From IMG/VR virus record IMGVR_UViG_3300005330_000014, positions 144,234-208,233 of that record: DNA of 64,000 nt; one strand, written 5' to 3'. The stretch is from a virus. Lineage: Duplodnaviria > Caudoviricetes. A program made the position numbers and the translations under genes. Position 1 is the first letter of the stretch; every line of letters begins with the position of its first letter. The notes under the pieces were generated by a model. It saw nothing but the letters and a program-made list of their open reading frames with translations, searched no databases and had not been told where the DNA came from. This document shows, piece by piece, positions 19,800 to 28,621 of the stretch.

Positions 19800-20299
19800 A
19801 ACAACGAATTGCGTGTATTGGTAGCCGGTCTATCACCCAAGATCAACAACAATTATTCAATTTAATAGGACAATACTTAGCAAGTGAAGATTACTATTTA
19901 TCTTCGGGTAACGCGGATGGCGCTGATTGCGAGTTTGCCGCCGGAGCAAGTATGATTAATCCAAGTTGTGTTCTTTTGTATCTTCCGTGGAGTTCTTATA
20001 ATAAGGAGTATATCGTCCCCGGAAATAAGGTATTAAGTAATCCTAAAGACGAATGGTTTAATATAGTAGCGCCGTTTCATCCAGCATGGGCAAATCTAAC
20101 CCAAGGAGCCCGGCGGCTCCACGCAAGGAACTACGGTATCGTATACAAAGCCGATAAAGTAATTGCTTTATTAAATCATAACAAACCTTCGGGCGGCGGC
20201 ACGGGGATGGGCTGGAAATTGGCTGAATATCTCAAAATTCCTAGACTAGATTTGAACGAGAAATCATATAAACAAGTAATAGAATTTATAGAAAATTGA
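19796..20299 (+). CDS. SLOG / DprA-like Rossmann-fold protein
   Basis: IACIGSR, SGNADGAD, LHARN, GGTG. Confidence 0.7.
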   Translation: MKQRIACIGSRSITQDQQQLFNLIGQYLASEDYYLSSGNADGADCEFAAGASMINPSCVLLYLPWSSYNKEYIVPGNKVLSNPKDEWFNIVAPFHPAWANLTQGARRLHARNYGIVYKADKVIALLNHNKPSGGGTGMGWKLAEYLKIPRLDLNEKSYKQVIEFIEN

Positions 20300-20303
20300 T
20301 ATT

Positions 20304-20420
20304 ATGGGATTGTTTAATGATAGATATTGGCGAAAAGGTTTCAATTGGCCTAACTTCATTTTAGGAATGATGTTTGGAATGTTATTCGTTTTTGGGCTAC
20401 TTAGGTATACTCATTCATAA
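20304..20420 (+). CDS. Small membrane protein (38 aa)
   Basis: ATG 20304 to TAA 20420; hydrophobic FILGMMFGMLFVFGLL. Confidence 0.5.
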   Translation: MGLFNDRYWRKGFNWPNFILGMMFGMLFVFGLLRYTHS

Positions 20421-20839
20421 TGACTAAAGAATATTCTTGCGGTTTTATCTTTGATTTGTCGGCCACTCGCGTTCTACTTTTGAAAAAGAGGCCGGGCGCT
20501 CCCAATGCAGGTTTTTGGAACGGTCATGGCGGGAAAATAGAACCAAACGGCGAATCTCCTTTAGATTGTATAATTAGAGAAACTAAAGAGGAAGTTGGAT
20601 TAAATATAACAACTTGGGACGAATTTTGTGAACTGCGCGGCCCCGGATTTGTAGTTCATTTTTTCAGAACCTTCACAAACAAGATAGGACAAGCAGCCCA
20701 ACAAGAGGTTGAAGAAATCGAGATATATAACGTTAAACTTCTTCCCAACGTCGTTCCTAATGTCAAATTTCTAATTCCTATGGCTTTAAGTATAGATTTA
20801 GATTCGGCAAGTAAGTTTGTTATTCAAGAAATTATATAG
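20420..20839 (+). CDS. NUDIX hydrolase
   Basis: GGKIEPNGESPLDCIIRETKEEVG Nudix box. Confidence 0.9.
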   Translation: MTKEYSCGFIFDLSATRVLLLKKRPGAPNAGFWNGHGGKIEPNGESPLDCIIRETKEEVGLNITTWDEFCELRGPGFVVHFFRTFTNKIGQAAQQEVEEIEIYNVKLLPNVVPNVKFLIPMALSIDLDSASKFVIQEII

Positions 20840-20876
20840 ATTATTAAGCAAAATCGGCCAAAAGTCAGGCCAGCCG

Positions 20877-20885
20877 GTGTAAATT
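20877..20885 (+). promoter_or_regulatory. GTGTAAAT[AT] putative late promoter
   Basis: GTGTAAATT, intergenic, upstream of ATG 20940. Confidence 0.45.
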
Positions 20886-20939
20886 AGATAAACAAACCCT
20901 CATTTAGCCGCGCGGCTCAACTTAGTTTTCAAAAATATT

Positions 20940-22418
20940 ATGAAGAAAATCAATCCTGAAATTATAGAGAAATTGCAAGTATTTTTAAAAGAAGGGCACA
21001 AAGAATCTGATGTGCGTCGCTGGTTCCGTGAAACGCTAGGTTTAAGTAAGTCACAAGGTAATTCAGTATATAATGAGACTGTTAAATCTCTAAAATCAGT
21101 AGCTAAATCTGACAATATCATTTCTGATTCGGCTGGCCTAGAATTCGTTTCAGATCGTTATACGTATAATCAACTTAATGATACTTATGTTATTAATTTG
21201 AAATGCCAAGGTAAGCCTCTAGTCGTGTCAGGCTCTAGGCATCGGGCGATTTGCCGCAGTTATTCAGATTGGGGCGATGGGCTCAATTCTGATGAAATTT
21301 GCAAGAAATATGCATTAACCCCTGAAATTTTTGACGAATATCGGCGTATCTTTAGTTTAACTAAACAAAAAGAGCCTTTGTCTATCGAAGAAGTTTTGGA
21401 AAACTCGGTGGAGGATAATGTAGGAAAAATTCTAGAAGAGAAAAGATATAAAATATATCAGCAATATGAAAAAGAAAGTTGGAAAAATATTCAAGCGGCT
21501 GCAATCAAATGGCAGCGTTTTCAAGCCAAGGAATTTGACCCATTTTGTAACTTCATCGAGTCATGGAATCCGCCAGTTTATAATCCTGTCGAATTTAAAA
21601 ATAAAACAAAAGTCGGGGATAAACACTTTGTCGCTTCTCTTAGCGATATTCACGTAGGATTAATTTCTCACGGGCGATTCAATTATTTTAAAGGTGAATG
21701 GTCACACAAAGATTTAGAAGAATCAATTAAGCAATATACTGCTAAAATTAGAGATGAAGTAGATAATCGCAAGACCGGGTTTAAAGACGCTTATTTACTT
21801 TTAGCTGGCGATATTTGCCATACCCTTAGTGGTTTTACAGATAAGGGCACCAAACTAGAATATGAATTTATTGCGGAAAATCAATTTGATTTAGCTTTCA
21901 ATATTATTGTTTATTTTTTGAATGAATTACTAGCTATCTTTCCTGAGATTAACATTAAGTCAGTCGCAGGCAACCATTCTAGTTTTGGTGATTATGTTGT
22001 AGCTAAAGCTTTAGAAGCATATTATAGAACTGAGCCGCGCCTTAAATTTGAAATAACTACCAAACGTTATTTACCATTTAAAATCGAAGATTCATTATTT
22101 ATCCTAGAGCACGGTTATAGTCCGTTTTACAAATCTCGTTTACCCAATGCTAAGAATCAACGAGAAAACTATATTAATGGATTATTTTTATCTAAACCAG
22201 AATTACTTCAAGGGATTAGAACAAAATACTATCTATCCGCCGACCAACATCATTCTGAAACTAAAGAAACCAATTTCTACGAACAGATTATGTTTTCTAC
22301 GATAGTAGCCGCCGACCGTCACTCTGATAATTGTGGTTATGTTAATCGGGCGCGGCAAAACTGCTTAGTTATTGATAAAGAAGGATTAAGAGAAATCATT
22401 CATTTCTATTTCGACTAG
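20940..22418 (+). CDS. Calcineurin-like metallophosphoesterase with long N-terminal extension
   Basis: SDIH, AGD, GNH, EHG, ADQHH metal-binding motifs. Confidence 0.8.
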   Translation: MKKINPEIIEKLQVFLKEGHKESDVRRWFRETLGLSKSQGNSVYNETVKSLKSVAKSDNIISDSAGLEFVSDRYTYNQLNDTYVINLKCQGKPLVVSGSRHRAICRSYSDWGDGLNSDEICKKYALTPEIFDEYRRIFSLTKQKEPLSIEEVLENSVEDNVGKILEEKRYKIYQQYEKESWKNIQAAAIKWQRFQAKEFDPFCNFIESWNPPVYNPVEFKNKTKVGDKHFVASLSDIHVGLISHGRFNYFKGEWSHKDLEESIKQYTAKIRDEVDNRKTGFKDAYLLLAGDICHTLSGFTDKGTKLEYEFIAENQFDLAFNIIVYFLNELLAIFPEINIKSVAGNHSSFGDYVVAKALEAYYRTEPRLKFEITTKRYLPFKIEDSLFILEHGYSPFYKSRLPNAKNQRENYINGLFLSKPELLQGIRTKYYLSADQHHSETKETNFYEQIMFSTIVAADRHSDNCGYVNRARQNCLVIDKEGLREIIHFYFD

Positions 22419-22424
22419 TCTATT

Positions 22425-23660
22425 ATGTTAGATATAAACAAAATTTATCAGGGTCATAGCCTTGATATCCTAAAAACTTTCCCTAATGAGTCGGTGCAGT
22501 GTGTAGTAACGTCGCCCCCTTATTTTTCGTTGAGAAGTTATTTAGATACTGAAAATCCTAATAAACATTTAGAAATTGGATTCGATAATTCACTACAAGA
22601 ATATATCACAAATTTAACAAGTCTATTTTCTGAAATTCACAGAGTATTAAGAAAAGATGGAACATTTTGGCTAAATTTAGGAGATACTTATGCTGGTAAT
22701 AAACTTGGCAATACTCAAGGTACTTATTCTTCTAACTTAAAGTATGCAAACCCAGAGAAAGACTTAGAAAGCTTCCGTAAAGAGAATGAATATAAAAAGA
22801 CAGTGCCAATGGGACTCAAATCAAAAGACTTAATAGGTGTTCCTTGGCGTGTTGCTTTTGCTTTGCAAGATGCTGGGTGGTATTTACGCTCTGATATAAT
22901 TTGGGCAAAAAGTATTAGTTTCAACTCTAAATATACAGGTAGCTGCTTACCGGAAAGCTGCAAGGACCGCCCTACTAAATCTCACGAATACTTATTCTTA
23001 TTAACAAAATCTCCAAAATATTTCTATGATAAAGAAGCTGTACAAGAAAAAGCTCAAGATTGGGGTTCAAGAAATCGTGATGAATTCCGGGGTGGGACTA
23101 CTGATCCTAAACTAAAACATCATGGATTAGCTGATTGTGATTTTAGTGCATCCGGCAGAAATCTAAGATCGGTTTGGACAGTAAATCCAAAACCATTTAA
23201 AGGCGCTCATTTCGCCACCTTTCCCGAAAAACTAATTGAACCATGTATTAAAGCGGGAACTAGCGAATACGGTTGTTGTGTGAATTGTGGGAAACCTTAC
23301 AAAAGAATAACAGTTAAAGGTAATGCTGACGAAGAACACAAGAAGACTTGCGGCGCGGATTCTAATGGAGAATATCTGGGATTAGCTACTAAAGATTATG
23401 ATTCCGCCCGAGCGCAAAATGCCAGCGAAGTAAAAGCAAGAATTTTGGCCGGAATGGTTAAAACTAAAACAACTGGGTGGAAAAAAGATTGTAAATGTTT
23501 AACTAATGATATTAAACCTTGTGTTGTGCTCGATCCATTTTTCGGTGCAGGGACGACAGGAGTTGTATCTAAAAAATTAGGTCGTAGCTGGGTCGGAATT
23601 GATTTGAATCCAGAGTATTGTGAAATCGCACGGACAAGAATTAATGAAGTTCTTATTTAA
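22425..23660 (+). CDS. DNA amino-methyltransferase (N4-C/N6-A, beta class)
   Basis: VTSPPY, WLNLGD, RSDIIWAK, HFATFP, VLDPFFGAGTT. Confidence 0.9.
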   Translation: MLDINKIYQGHSLDILKTFPNESVQCVVTSPPYFSLRSYLDTENPNKHLEIGFDNSLQEYITNLTSLFSEIHRVLRKDGTFWLNLGDTYAGNKLGNTQGTYSSNLKYANPEKDLESFRKENEYKKTVPMGLKSKDLIGVPWRVAFALQDAGWYLRSDIIWAKSISFNSKYTGSCLPESCKDRPTKSHEYLFLLTKSPKYFYDKEAVQEKAQDWGSRNRDEFRGGTTDPKLKHHGLADCDFSASGRNLRSVWTVNPKPFKGAHFATFPEKLIEPCIKAGTSEYGCCVNCGKPYKRITVKGNADEEHKKTCGADSNGEYLGLATKDYDSARAQNASEVKARILAGMVKTKTTGWKKDCKCLTNDIKPCVVLDPFFGAGTTGVVSKKLGRSWVGIDLNPEYCEIARTRINEVLI

Positions 23661-23663
23661 ATT

Positions 23664-23987
23664 ATGAAATACAAAATCTTAACAATGTGCGCCGGAGGTA
23701 ATGTTCGCAGCGTAGGAATGAAATATTTACTTAAATATAAGTACGGACATGAGGCTTTAGCTTGCGGGCAAGACGCCAACTCAACAGAGACTATTGATAT
23801 GTTATGTAGTTGGGCGGATTATGTTATTGTCATGACGGATGATTATGCAAAGTTTGTTCCAGAAAAATATAAAGATAAGTTACTTTGTTATGATGTCGGC
23901 GAAGATCGTTTCGGTTATGCCTTTCATCCTGAATTATTGCAAATTATAGATAGAATGATTATTGAACGCGGTTTATTTAATTTATAA
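23664..23987 (+). CDS. Low-molecular-weight protein-tyrosine-phosphatase-like
   Basis: CAGGNVRS (C-x5-R-S), WADYVIVM. Confidence 0.65.
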   Translation: MKYKILTMCAGGNVRSVGMKYLLKYKYGHEALACGQDANSTETIDMLCSWADYVIVMTDDYAKFVPEKYKDKLLCYDVGEDRFGYAFHPELLQIIDRMIIERGLFNL

Positions 23988-24724
23988 TGGGTCGTCCTCC
24001 TAAAAATCCATTTGCTCAAAACGAAATAGTATTTGAACCTATCAGTCATAAATACACTGAAGTTTCTACCGGGCGGACTCTAATATCAGTTTCTCAATTA
24101 CTTCACTTATTTCAGAAACCGTTTGACCCAACAGGGATTGTTCTTTTTAAGTGTGCCCAACGTGAGGGAATATCAAAAGAAGTATTGAAAAAACGCTGGG
24201 ATGATAAACGTGACAAGAGTTGTATCTATGGCACGGCTGTACACGCAGAAATTGAACATTTCATTAATACCAGTAAATTAAGAAAATCTGAGTACAAAGA
24301 TATAGCTGCCGACTTTAAGAAACGAATATTCCCAACATTCTCAAATCCTATATTTTCTGAAGTGCTGGTTTACTCTTTAGATTACTTAATTGCAGGTTTA
24401 AGCGATCTTGTAGAATACAATCAAGAAACTAACGAAATCTGCATTTTTGATATAAAAACGAACGAATCTCTATTCAAGAAATCCTATAATAACCTATTGT
24501 ATCCGCTCGATCATCTCAAAGATACAGCTATCAACCGTTATTCATTACAATTGAGTTTCTACGGATACCTTCTAAAATTGCGCGGTTTTCAAATTAAACC
24601 ACATTTCAAAATCTTTTGGGTTAATCCAGAAACACGCAAAATTGAAATCATTCCAATTCAATATCTCGAAAAGGAAGTTAAACTCCTAATCGACCATTAC
24701 AAAAATGGGGCCGATCTGATTTAA
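23987..24724 (+). CDS. PD-(D/E)XK exonuclease
   Basis: ISVSQLL, GTAVHAEIE, IAGLSDL, IFDIKT, YSLQLSFY. Confidence 0.8.
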   Translation: MGRPPKNPFAQNEIVFEPISHKYTEVSTGRTLISVSQLLHLFQKPFDPTGIVLFKCAQREGISKEVLKKRWDDKRDKSCIYGTAVHAEIEHFINTSKLRKSEYKDIAADFKKRIFPTFSNPIFSEVLVYSLDYLIAGLSDLVEYNQETNEICIFDIKTNESLFKKSYNNLLYPLDHLKDTAINRYSLQLSFYGYLLKLRGFQIKPHFKIFWVNPETRKIEIIPIQYLEKEVKLLIDHYKNGADLI

Positions 24725-24728
24725 GTAA

Positions 24729-24908
24729 TTAACTTTTCTTAGTTAATTTGGTAATTTCTGCCCGAGCTTCATCGGCCAATTTTTCGCCTTCAGCTTTAAT
24801 TTTGTCCTCAATATCCGCCAAATGTTCGGGGGAATTACGTTTAAGTAGATAAAAACCTACCCCAAGTCCTATAACAATCACCGCAACAACGATAAATAAT
24901 CCAGTCAT
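24729..24908 (-). CDS. Small single-pass membrane protein with charged helical tail
   Basis: MTGLFIVVAVIVIGLGVGFYLLK...; AGGA RBS 8 nt before ATG 24908; the only minus-strand gene in 1-54 kb. Confidence 0.7.
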   Translation of the reverse strand: MTGLFIVVAVIVIGLGVGFYLLKRNSPEHLADIEDKIKAEGEKLADEARAEITKLTKKS

Positions 24909-24947
24909 ATTTTTAATCCTATTTAAATGAGCGATATTGCTCAATCT

Positions 24948-24956
24948 TATTTACAC
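24948..24956 (-). promoter_or_regulatory. GTGTAAATA putative late promoter
   Basis: TATTTACAC on the + strand, upstream of the minus-strand gene. Confidence 0.55.
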
Positions 24957-25024
24957 GTCCGCGCGGAATTATTTTCAAAAAATCCAAAGAAAATCGAAAA
25001 AAATCTGAAAAACCGAGAAATCAG

Positions 25025-25035
25025 AATCATATAGT
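25025..25035 (+). promoter_or_regulatory. AATCATATA motif with TATAGT; leaderless geometry
   Basis: TATAGT 25030-25035; ATG 25042. Confidence 0.55.
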
Positions 25036-25041
25036 CTGGAT

Positions 25042-25227
25042 ATGACCAAAAAAGAAACCATTACATTTCTCAACGAAGACACGGCGACAATTTACAGAGA
25101 TGAAGAAACGAAGGAATTATCTCTAGAAATTAGAATTAAAGAATTGGACAAACAAATCATCATATTTGGAAATGATGCAGTTCAAAAACTTTCTTACCTT
25201 TTGGAATTTTGGGCTCCAACTCATTAA
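25042..25227 (+). CDS. Hypothetical protein
   Basis: 61 aa. Confidence 0.55.
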   Translation: MTKKETITFLNEDTATIYRDEETKELSLEIRIKELDKQIIIFGNDAVQKLSYLLEFWAPTH

Positions 25228-25233
25228 ATAACT

Positions 25234-25521
25234 ATGCCTTATCTTAAATCACAAGACAAATCCAAATTTGAACGAGCATTAGAAATATTGCCCGTTCCTG
25301 AATCCGCTGGAGAAATTAACTATATAGTTACCGAAATTATAAAAGGTTATATAGGTAGTAAAGGTTTATCGTATCAAACCTGTAACGATATTGTAGGAGC
25401 TTTGGATAACTGCAAAGACGAGTTCAAACGGCGAGTCCAAAATTCTTATGAAGATTTTAAAATCTCCCAAAATGGAGATGTATATAATGTGCCTCCGCCT
25501 GATACTCAAAATAAACAATAA
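25234..25521 (+). CDS. DUF6899-like phage protein
   Basis: MPYLK, GEINY, SYQTCNDIVGAL, EFKRR, YEDFKI..NGDVY. Confidence 0.65.
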   Translation: MPYLKSQDKSKFERALEILPVPESAGEINYIVTEIIKGYIGSKGLSYQTCNDIVGALDNCKDEFKRRVQNSYEDFKISQNGDVYNVPPPDTQNKQ

Positions 25522-25543
25522 ATAAGTAACTAAGTAATAAACA

Positions 25544-26407
25544 ATGAAACTAATCAGTAAAATCGTTCTAACAGCAATCGTAAGTCTAGCTTCTGCTACT
25601 TCGCTATTTTCCGAAGACTTGGCCGAGCATTTACAGAATCTATCGGTAACTATCCACGCGAAAGGCGCGCAGGGCAGTGGTACTATTATTACCCGCGATG
25701 GAGTTAACTATGTAATTTCCGCCGGGCACGTTGTCGAAGGCTGCCGTCACTTAGTTAAATTTCATGACAATACTACAGGTGGGACAAAAGTTTTATCTAA
25801 ATTTGACGTAGTTAAAGTAGTAAAAGAAATTGTCCGAGATGGTAAAAGTATTGGATTTACTGAAATTGAAGCTGACGTAGTAGCATATAGTTCTCCTAAA
25901 TTCGGGGATGACTTAGTATTACTTAAGCTTCGTGACCATATTACTGATGATTCTATTGAGTTTTGGAAGGAAGGAGATAAAACTACTCCCCCTGTCGGCT
26001 CAAAGCTTTGCCACGTAGGTTCGTTTCTTGGTCAAGATGGTTCTAACTCTTACAGTGAAGGTAGAATTAGTCAAATAGGTAGAACTCTATTTGATCATGT
26101 GTTTGATCAAACTGATGTTATTGCATTCCCCGGTTCTTCTGGTGGCCTAATTGCTACAATGGACGGTAAGTATATGGGTACTTTAGTTAGAGGGGCAGGC
26201 CAAGGTTACATTCTATATGTTCCTCTCCGTCGCGTGCATACATGGGCTAAAGAGCATAATATTGAGTTTATTTTCGACCATGACGGAAAACCAAAAGGAG
26301 CAATTAAATTGGAATCTCTAGAGCCGCAAAGCGACTCTGAAAGTGGGGACGAAACATCCTTTGAAAGTTTCAATAAAGTTTATCCCTATCTTTTGTTTAG
26401 TAAGTAA
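25544..26407 (+). CDS. Secreted trypsin-like serine protease
   Basis: Signal peptide; SAGHV, DDLVLL, PGSSGG catalytic triad motifs. Confidence 0.85.
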   Translation: MKLISKIVLTAIVSLASATSLFSEDLAEHLQNLSVTIHAKGAQGSGTIITRDGVNYVISAGHVVEGCRHLVKFHDNTTGGTKVLSKFDVVKVVKEIVRDGKSIGFTEIEADVVAYSSPKFGDDLVLLKLRDHITDDSIEFWKEGDKTTPPVGSKLCHVGSFLGQDGSNSYSEGRISQIGRTLFDHVFDQTDVIAFPGSSGGLIATMDGKYMGTLVRGAGQGYILYVPLRRVHTWAKEHNIEFIFDHDGKPKGAIKLESLEPQSDSESGDETSFESFNKVYPYLLFSK

Positions 26408-26419
26408 AATTGATTCAAT

Positions 26420-26493
26420 TGCAGGTTGGACAAGTAGTTAAGTTGCCGCCCTCATAAGGCGTGAGATCGCTCGTGCAAATCGAGCACCTGCAA
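26420..26493 (+). tRNA. tRNA with CAT anticodon (Met, possibly initiator; Ile2 not excluded); no encoded CCA
   Basis: Acceptor TGCAGGT/ACCTGCA, anticodon loop CTCATAA, T arm GCTCG-TGCAAAT-CGAGC. Confidence 0.85.
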
Positions 26494-26566
26494 CTCTTTA
26501 AATAAGTATTTGGTATTGCGTCGCAGTTTTTATTACAGGTAATTACTGTGGTTAGCTCGCATCACC

Positions 26567-26606
26567 TGCCCCGGTAAGCGCATAAAAGCCGGGGCAAATT
26601 TTTTTT
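26567..26606 (+). terminator. Intrinsic terminator
   Basis: TGCCCCGG / CCGGGGCA stem followed by AA and T8. Confidence 0.75.
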
Positions 26607-26624
26607 ATAAAGGCCGCGCGGCAG

Positions 26625-26635
26625 AATCATATACT
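26625..26635 (+). promoter_or_regulatory. AATCATATA motif with TATACT
   Basis: Immediately after the terminator; leader hairpin AGAGC/CGCC...GGCG/GCTCT at 26644-26669; ATG 26698. Confidence 0.5.
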
Positions 26636-26697
26636 CTGAGTAGAGAGCAACGCCAAATTCGGCGGCTCTAAGTTCTTTGAAATCTTAAATCTCAAAT

Positions 26698-27171
26698 ATG
26701 TCCAATTTTGAATTAATCAATAAATCAACAGTATCAGATAATAAACTAATTAAAATAATTGAATTTGTAAAGTCTCCGCGCCTTGCTCCCTGTAAAATGG
26801 TAATTAAGAATTCTAAAAACCATGCTTATGACGCGGGTTTCTATTTTGGATTATACAATGAACCTTATATTATAGCAAGATTTGCAAGTCACAAAGCCTT
26901 CCCCTTTAAGTTCCAATTTAGAAGTGATAAGTCCGCCCGCAAGGGCTATTATGATGGGGTTTATGATTTTCCTACTAAAACTCATTGTCTAGTATATACT
27001 TTGGCCCATGAATTAAGGCATTGGTATCAATACAACCACCCAAAGAAAAGGTTTTGGTTATATACAAACCCTCAAAGGCTTGCTGAAAATGATGCGGACG
27101 CTTACGCTCTTAAAAAACTTGACGAGTTCAATCTCTTAAGAGAAGAAGGAATTGATATATTTAAGGATTAA
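26698..27171 (+). CDS. Zinc metallopeptidase-like (HExxH)
   Basis: LAHELRHWYQ...AENDADAY. Confidence 0.7.
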   Translation: MSNFELINKSTVSDNKLIKIIEFVKSPRLAPCKMVIKNSKNHAYDAGFYFGLYNEPYIIARFASHKAFPFKFQFRSDKSARKGYYDGVYDFPTKTHCLVYTLAHELRHWYQYNHPKKRFWLYTNPQRLAENDADAYALKKLDEFNLLREEGIDIFKD

Positions 27172-27173
27172 TT

Positions 27174-27365
27174 ATGAAGCCGCCGAAAACCGTTACCGTT
27201 ACATCAACTGTTGATTTAGACGAAATATCTTACGTTTTGCAAACCAATCTAAAAACTAAACAGTTAATTGAATTTGTTTTGTCTATGGGAGAAGATTTGA
27301 CAGATTGTGAAAATTATTATAAAGGCTTACATGAAGAATTATCTAAATACAATTTAGAAGATTAA
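27174..27365 (+). CDS. Hypothetical protein
   Basis: 63 aa packed ORF. Confidence 0.55.
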   Translation: MKPPKTVTVTSTVDLDEISYVLQTNLKTKQLIEFVLSMGEDLTDCENYYKGLHEELSKYNLED

Positions 27366-27368
27366 ATT

Positions 27369-27584
27369 ATGAATCAAAAAATACTAAATAAAATTGCGGA
27401 AGCAGAAGAAAGACAAAAGGAATTAGCTTTGCGTGGTAAAGCTATATCTTTAGGAGTTTGCCCTGATTGCGGGAATAATATACATTGGGAATCTTACAAT
27501 ACTTACGGACCTTGTATTGATACTAGAATGAAATGCCGAAAATGCGGGTTTCATCACCCTGAATGGTCAGCTAAATTTCCTTAA
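27369..27584 (+). CDS. Zinc-ribbon protein
   Basis: CPDC...CRKC. Confidence 0.6.
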   Translation: MNQKILNKIAEAEERQKELALRGKAISLGVCPDCGNNIHWESYNTYGPCIDTRMKCRKCGFHHPEWSAKFP

Positions 27585-27595
27585 AATTATTTAAT

Positions 27596-28054
27596 ATGGA
27601 CATTATAGAAAAAGCCAAAGCAGCCTATCACAAAAAGAAAGAAAAAGATGATGCCGCGCGCATTGCTGAATTAAGAAGTCAATTCGTAAAATTATCCTCA
27701 CGTATCGAAGGGATAAAATGGGACGGATCAACTGAAAAAGTTCAAATTGCTGGGTATTTATTTGATATGACTTATGCTCACCCTACCGAATGGGAGCAGC
27801 GCAAACTTGTTCTGAATCCTCATAATCGACGTTGTGGTTATATTAATGATATGGTAGATTTGGGGGCTTACTTTATTCATTGTGAAAAATATAATTTAAA
27901 GCCACAACTCTTTGAAAAAGAAGAAGTAAAACGCGAACGAAAACCTACTTGTCGCAAATGTAAAAAACATGATTTGAGAATGGTTTTCATCGGCGTGGAT
28001 GATTATGAATATAGATGTTATGATTGCGGAAATGAACAAGAAACTGAAATTTAA
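27596..28054 (+). CDS. Hypothetical protein with C-terminal zinc ribbon; paralog of 28319..28621
   Basis: EKAKAAY...VDLGAYF; CRKC...CYDC. Confidence 0.6.
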   Translation: MDIIEKAKAAYHKKKEKDDAARIAELRSQFVKLSSRIEGIKWDGSTEKVQIAGYLFDMTYAHPTEWEQRKLVLNPHNRRCGYINDMVDLGAYFIHCEKYNLKPQLFEKEEVKRERKPTCRKCKKHDLRMVFIGVDDYEYRCYDCGNEQETEI

Positions 28055-28058
28055 TTAT

Positions 28059-28322
28059 ATGATTAAAGAATCTTGGAATTTTCTTGGTTTTGAAGAAGGC
28101 GAGGATGGCTGGCCGGTTGCCCGCCTGTTTGGGAAACCAAATGACAGATTTAGAATTATTAACAGATTTAAACAACCTTTTTGGGTGGCGTCTATAGATA
28201 ATGTTAGCAGATTAGGGTGGCCGGTTGCAAATTACAAAACTGAAAAAATTTCTAAAAAAGAAGCTGAAAACTTAATTGCTAATGCGACATGGGATCAATT
28301 TTACAAATGTTATAAGTTATGA
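28059..28322 (+). CDS. Hypothetical protein
   Basis: Start moved to ATG 28059. Confidence 0.5.
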   Translation: MIKESWNFLGFEEGEDGWPVARLFGKPNDRFRIINRFKQPFWVASIDNVSRLGWPVANYKTEKISKKEAENLIANATWDQFYKCYKL

Positions 28323-28621
28323 ATATGACTATTAAAGAAAAAGCGATTGCGGCCTATAAAAATAAAGAATTATCAGATAAAGCTGCATACCTAGTATTCT
28401 TGCAATCAAAATCAAAAGAACTTGGGGATAGACTTGGTATTAATATAGTCGGAGAATATGTCTTCATCGAAGGAGTTAAATTTAGAGTCGGGATTCATTT
28501 TGGAAGATTTGGTGATCCAGCTTGTTTGTACCCTGTAAATCAAAACAAACAGGACTACTGGCAAAATTCTATTTATGACTTAGTTGATCTTGGAAAGTAT
28601 TTTCTTAATAATTCTTTATGA
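28319..28621 (+). CDS. Hypothetical protein; paralog of 27596..28054
   Basis: EKAIAAY...VDLGKYF. Confidence 0.6.
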   Translation: MNMTIKEKAIAAYKNKELSDKAAYLVFLQSKSKELGDRLGINIVGEYVFIEGVKFRVGIHFGRFGDPACLYPVNQNKQDYWQNSIYDLVDLGKYFLNNSL

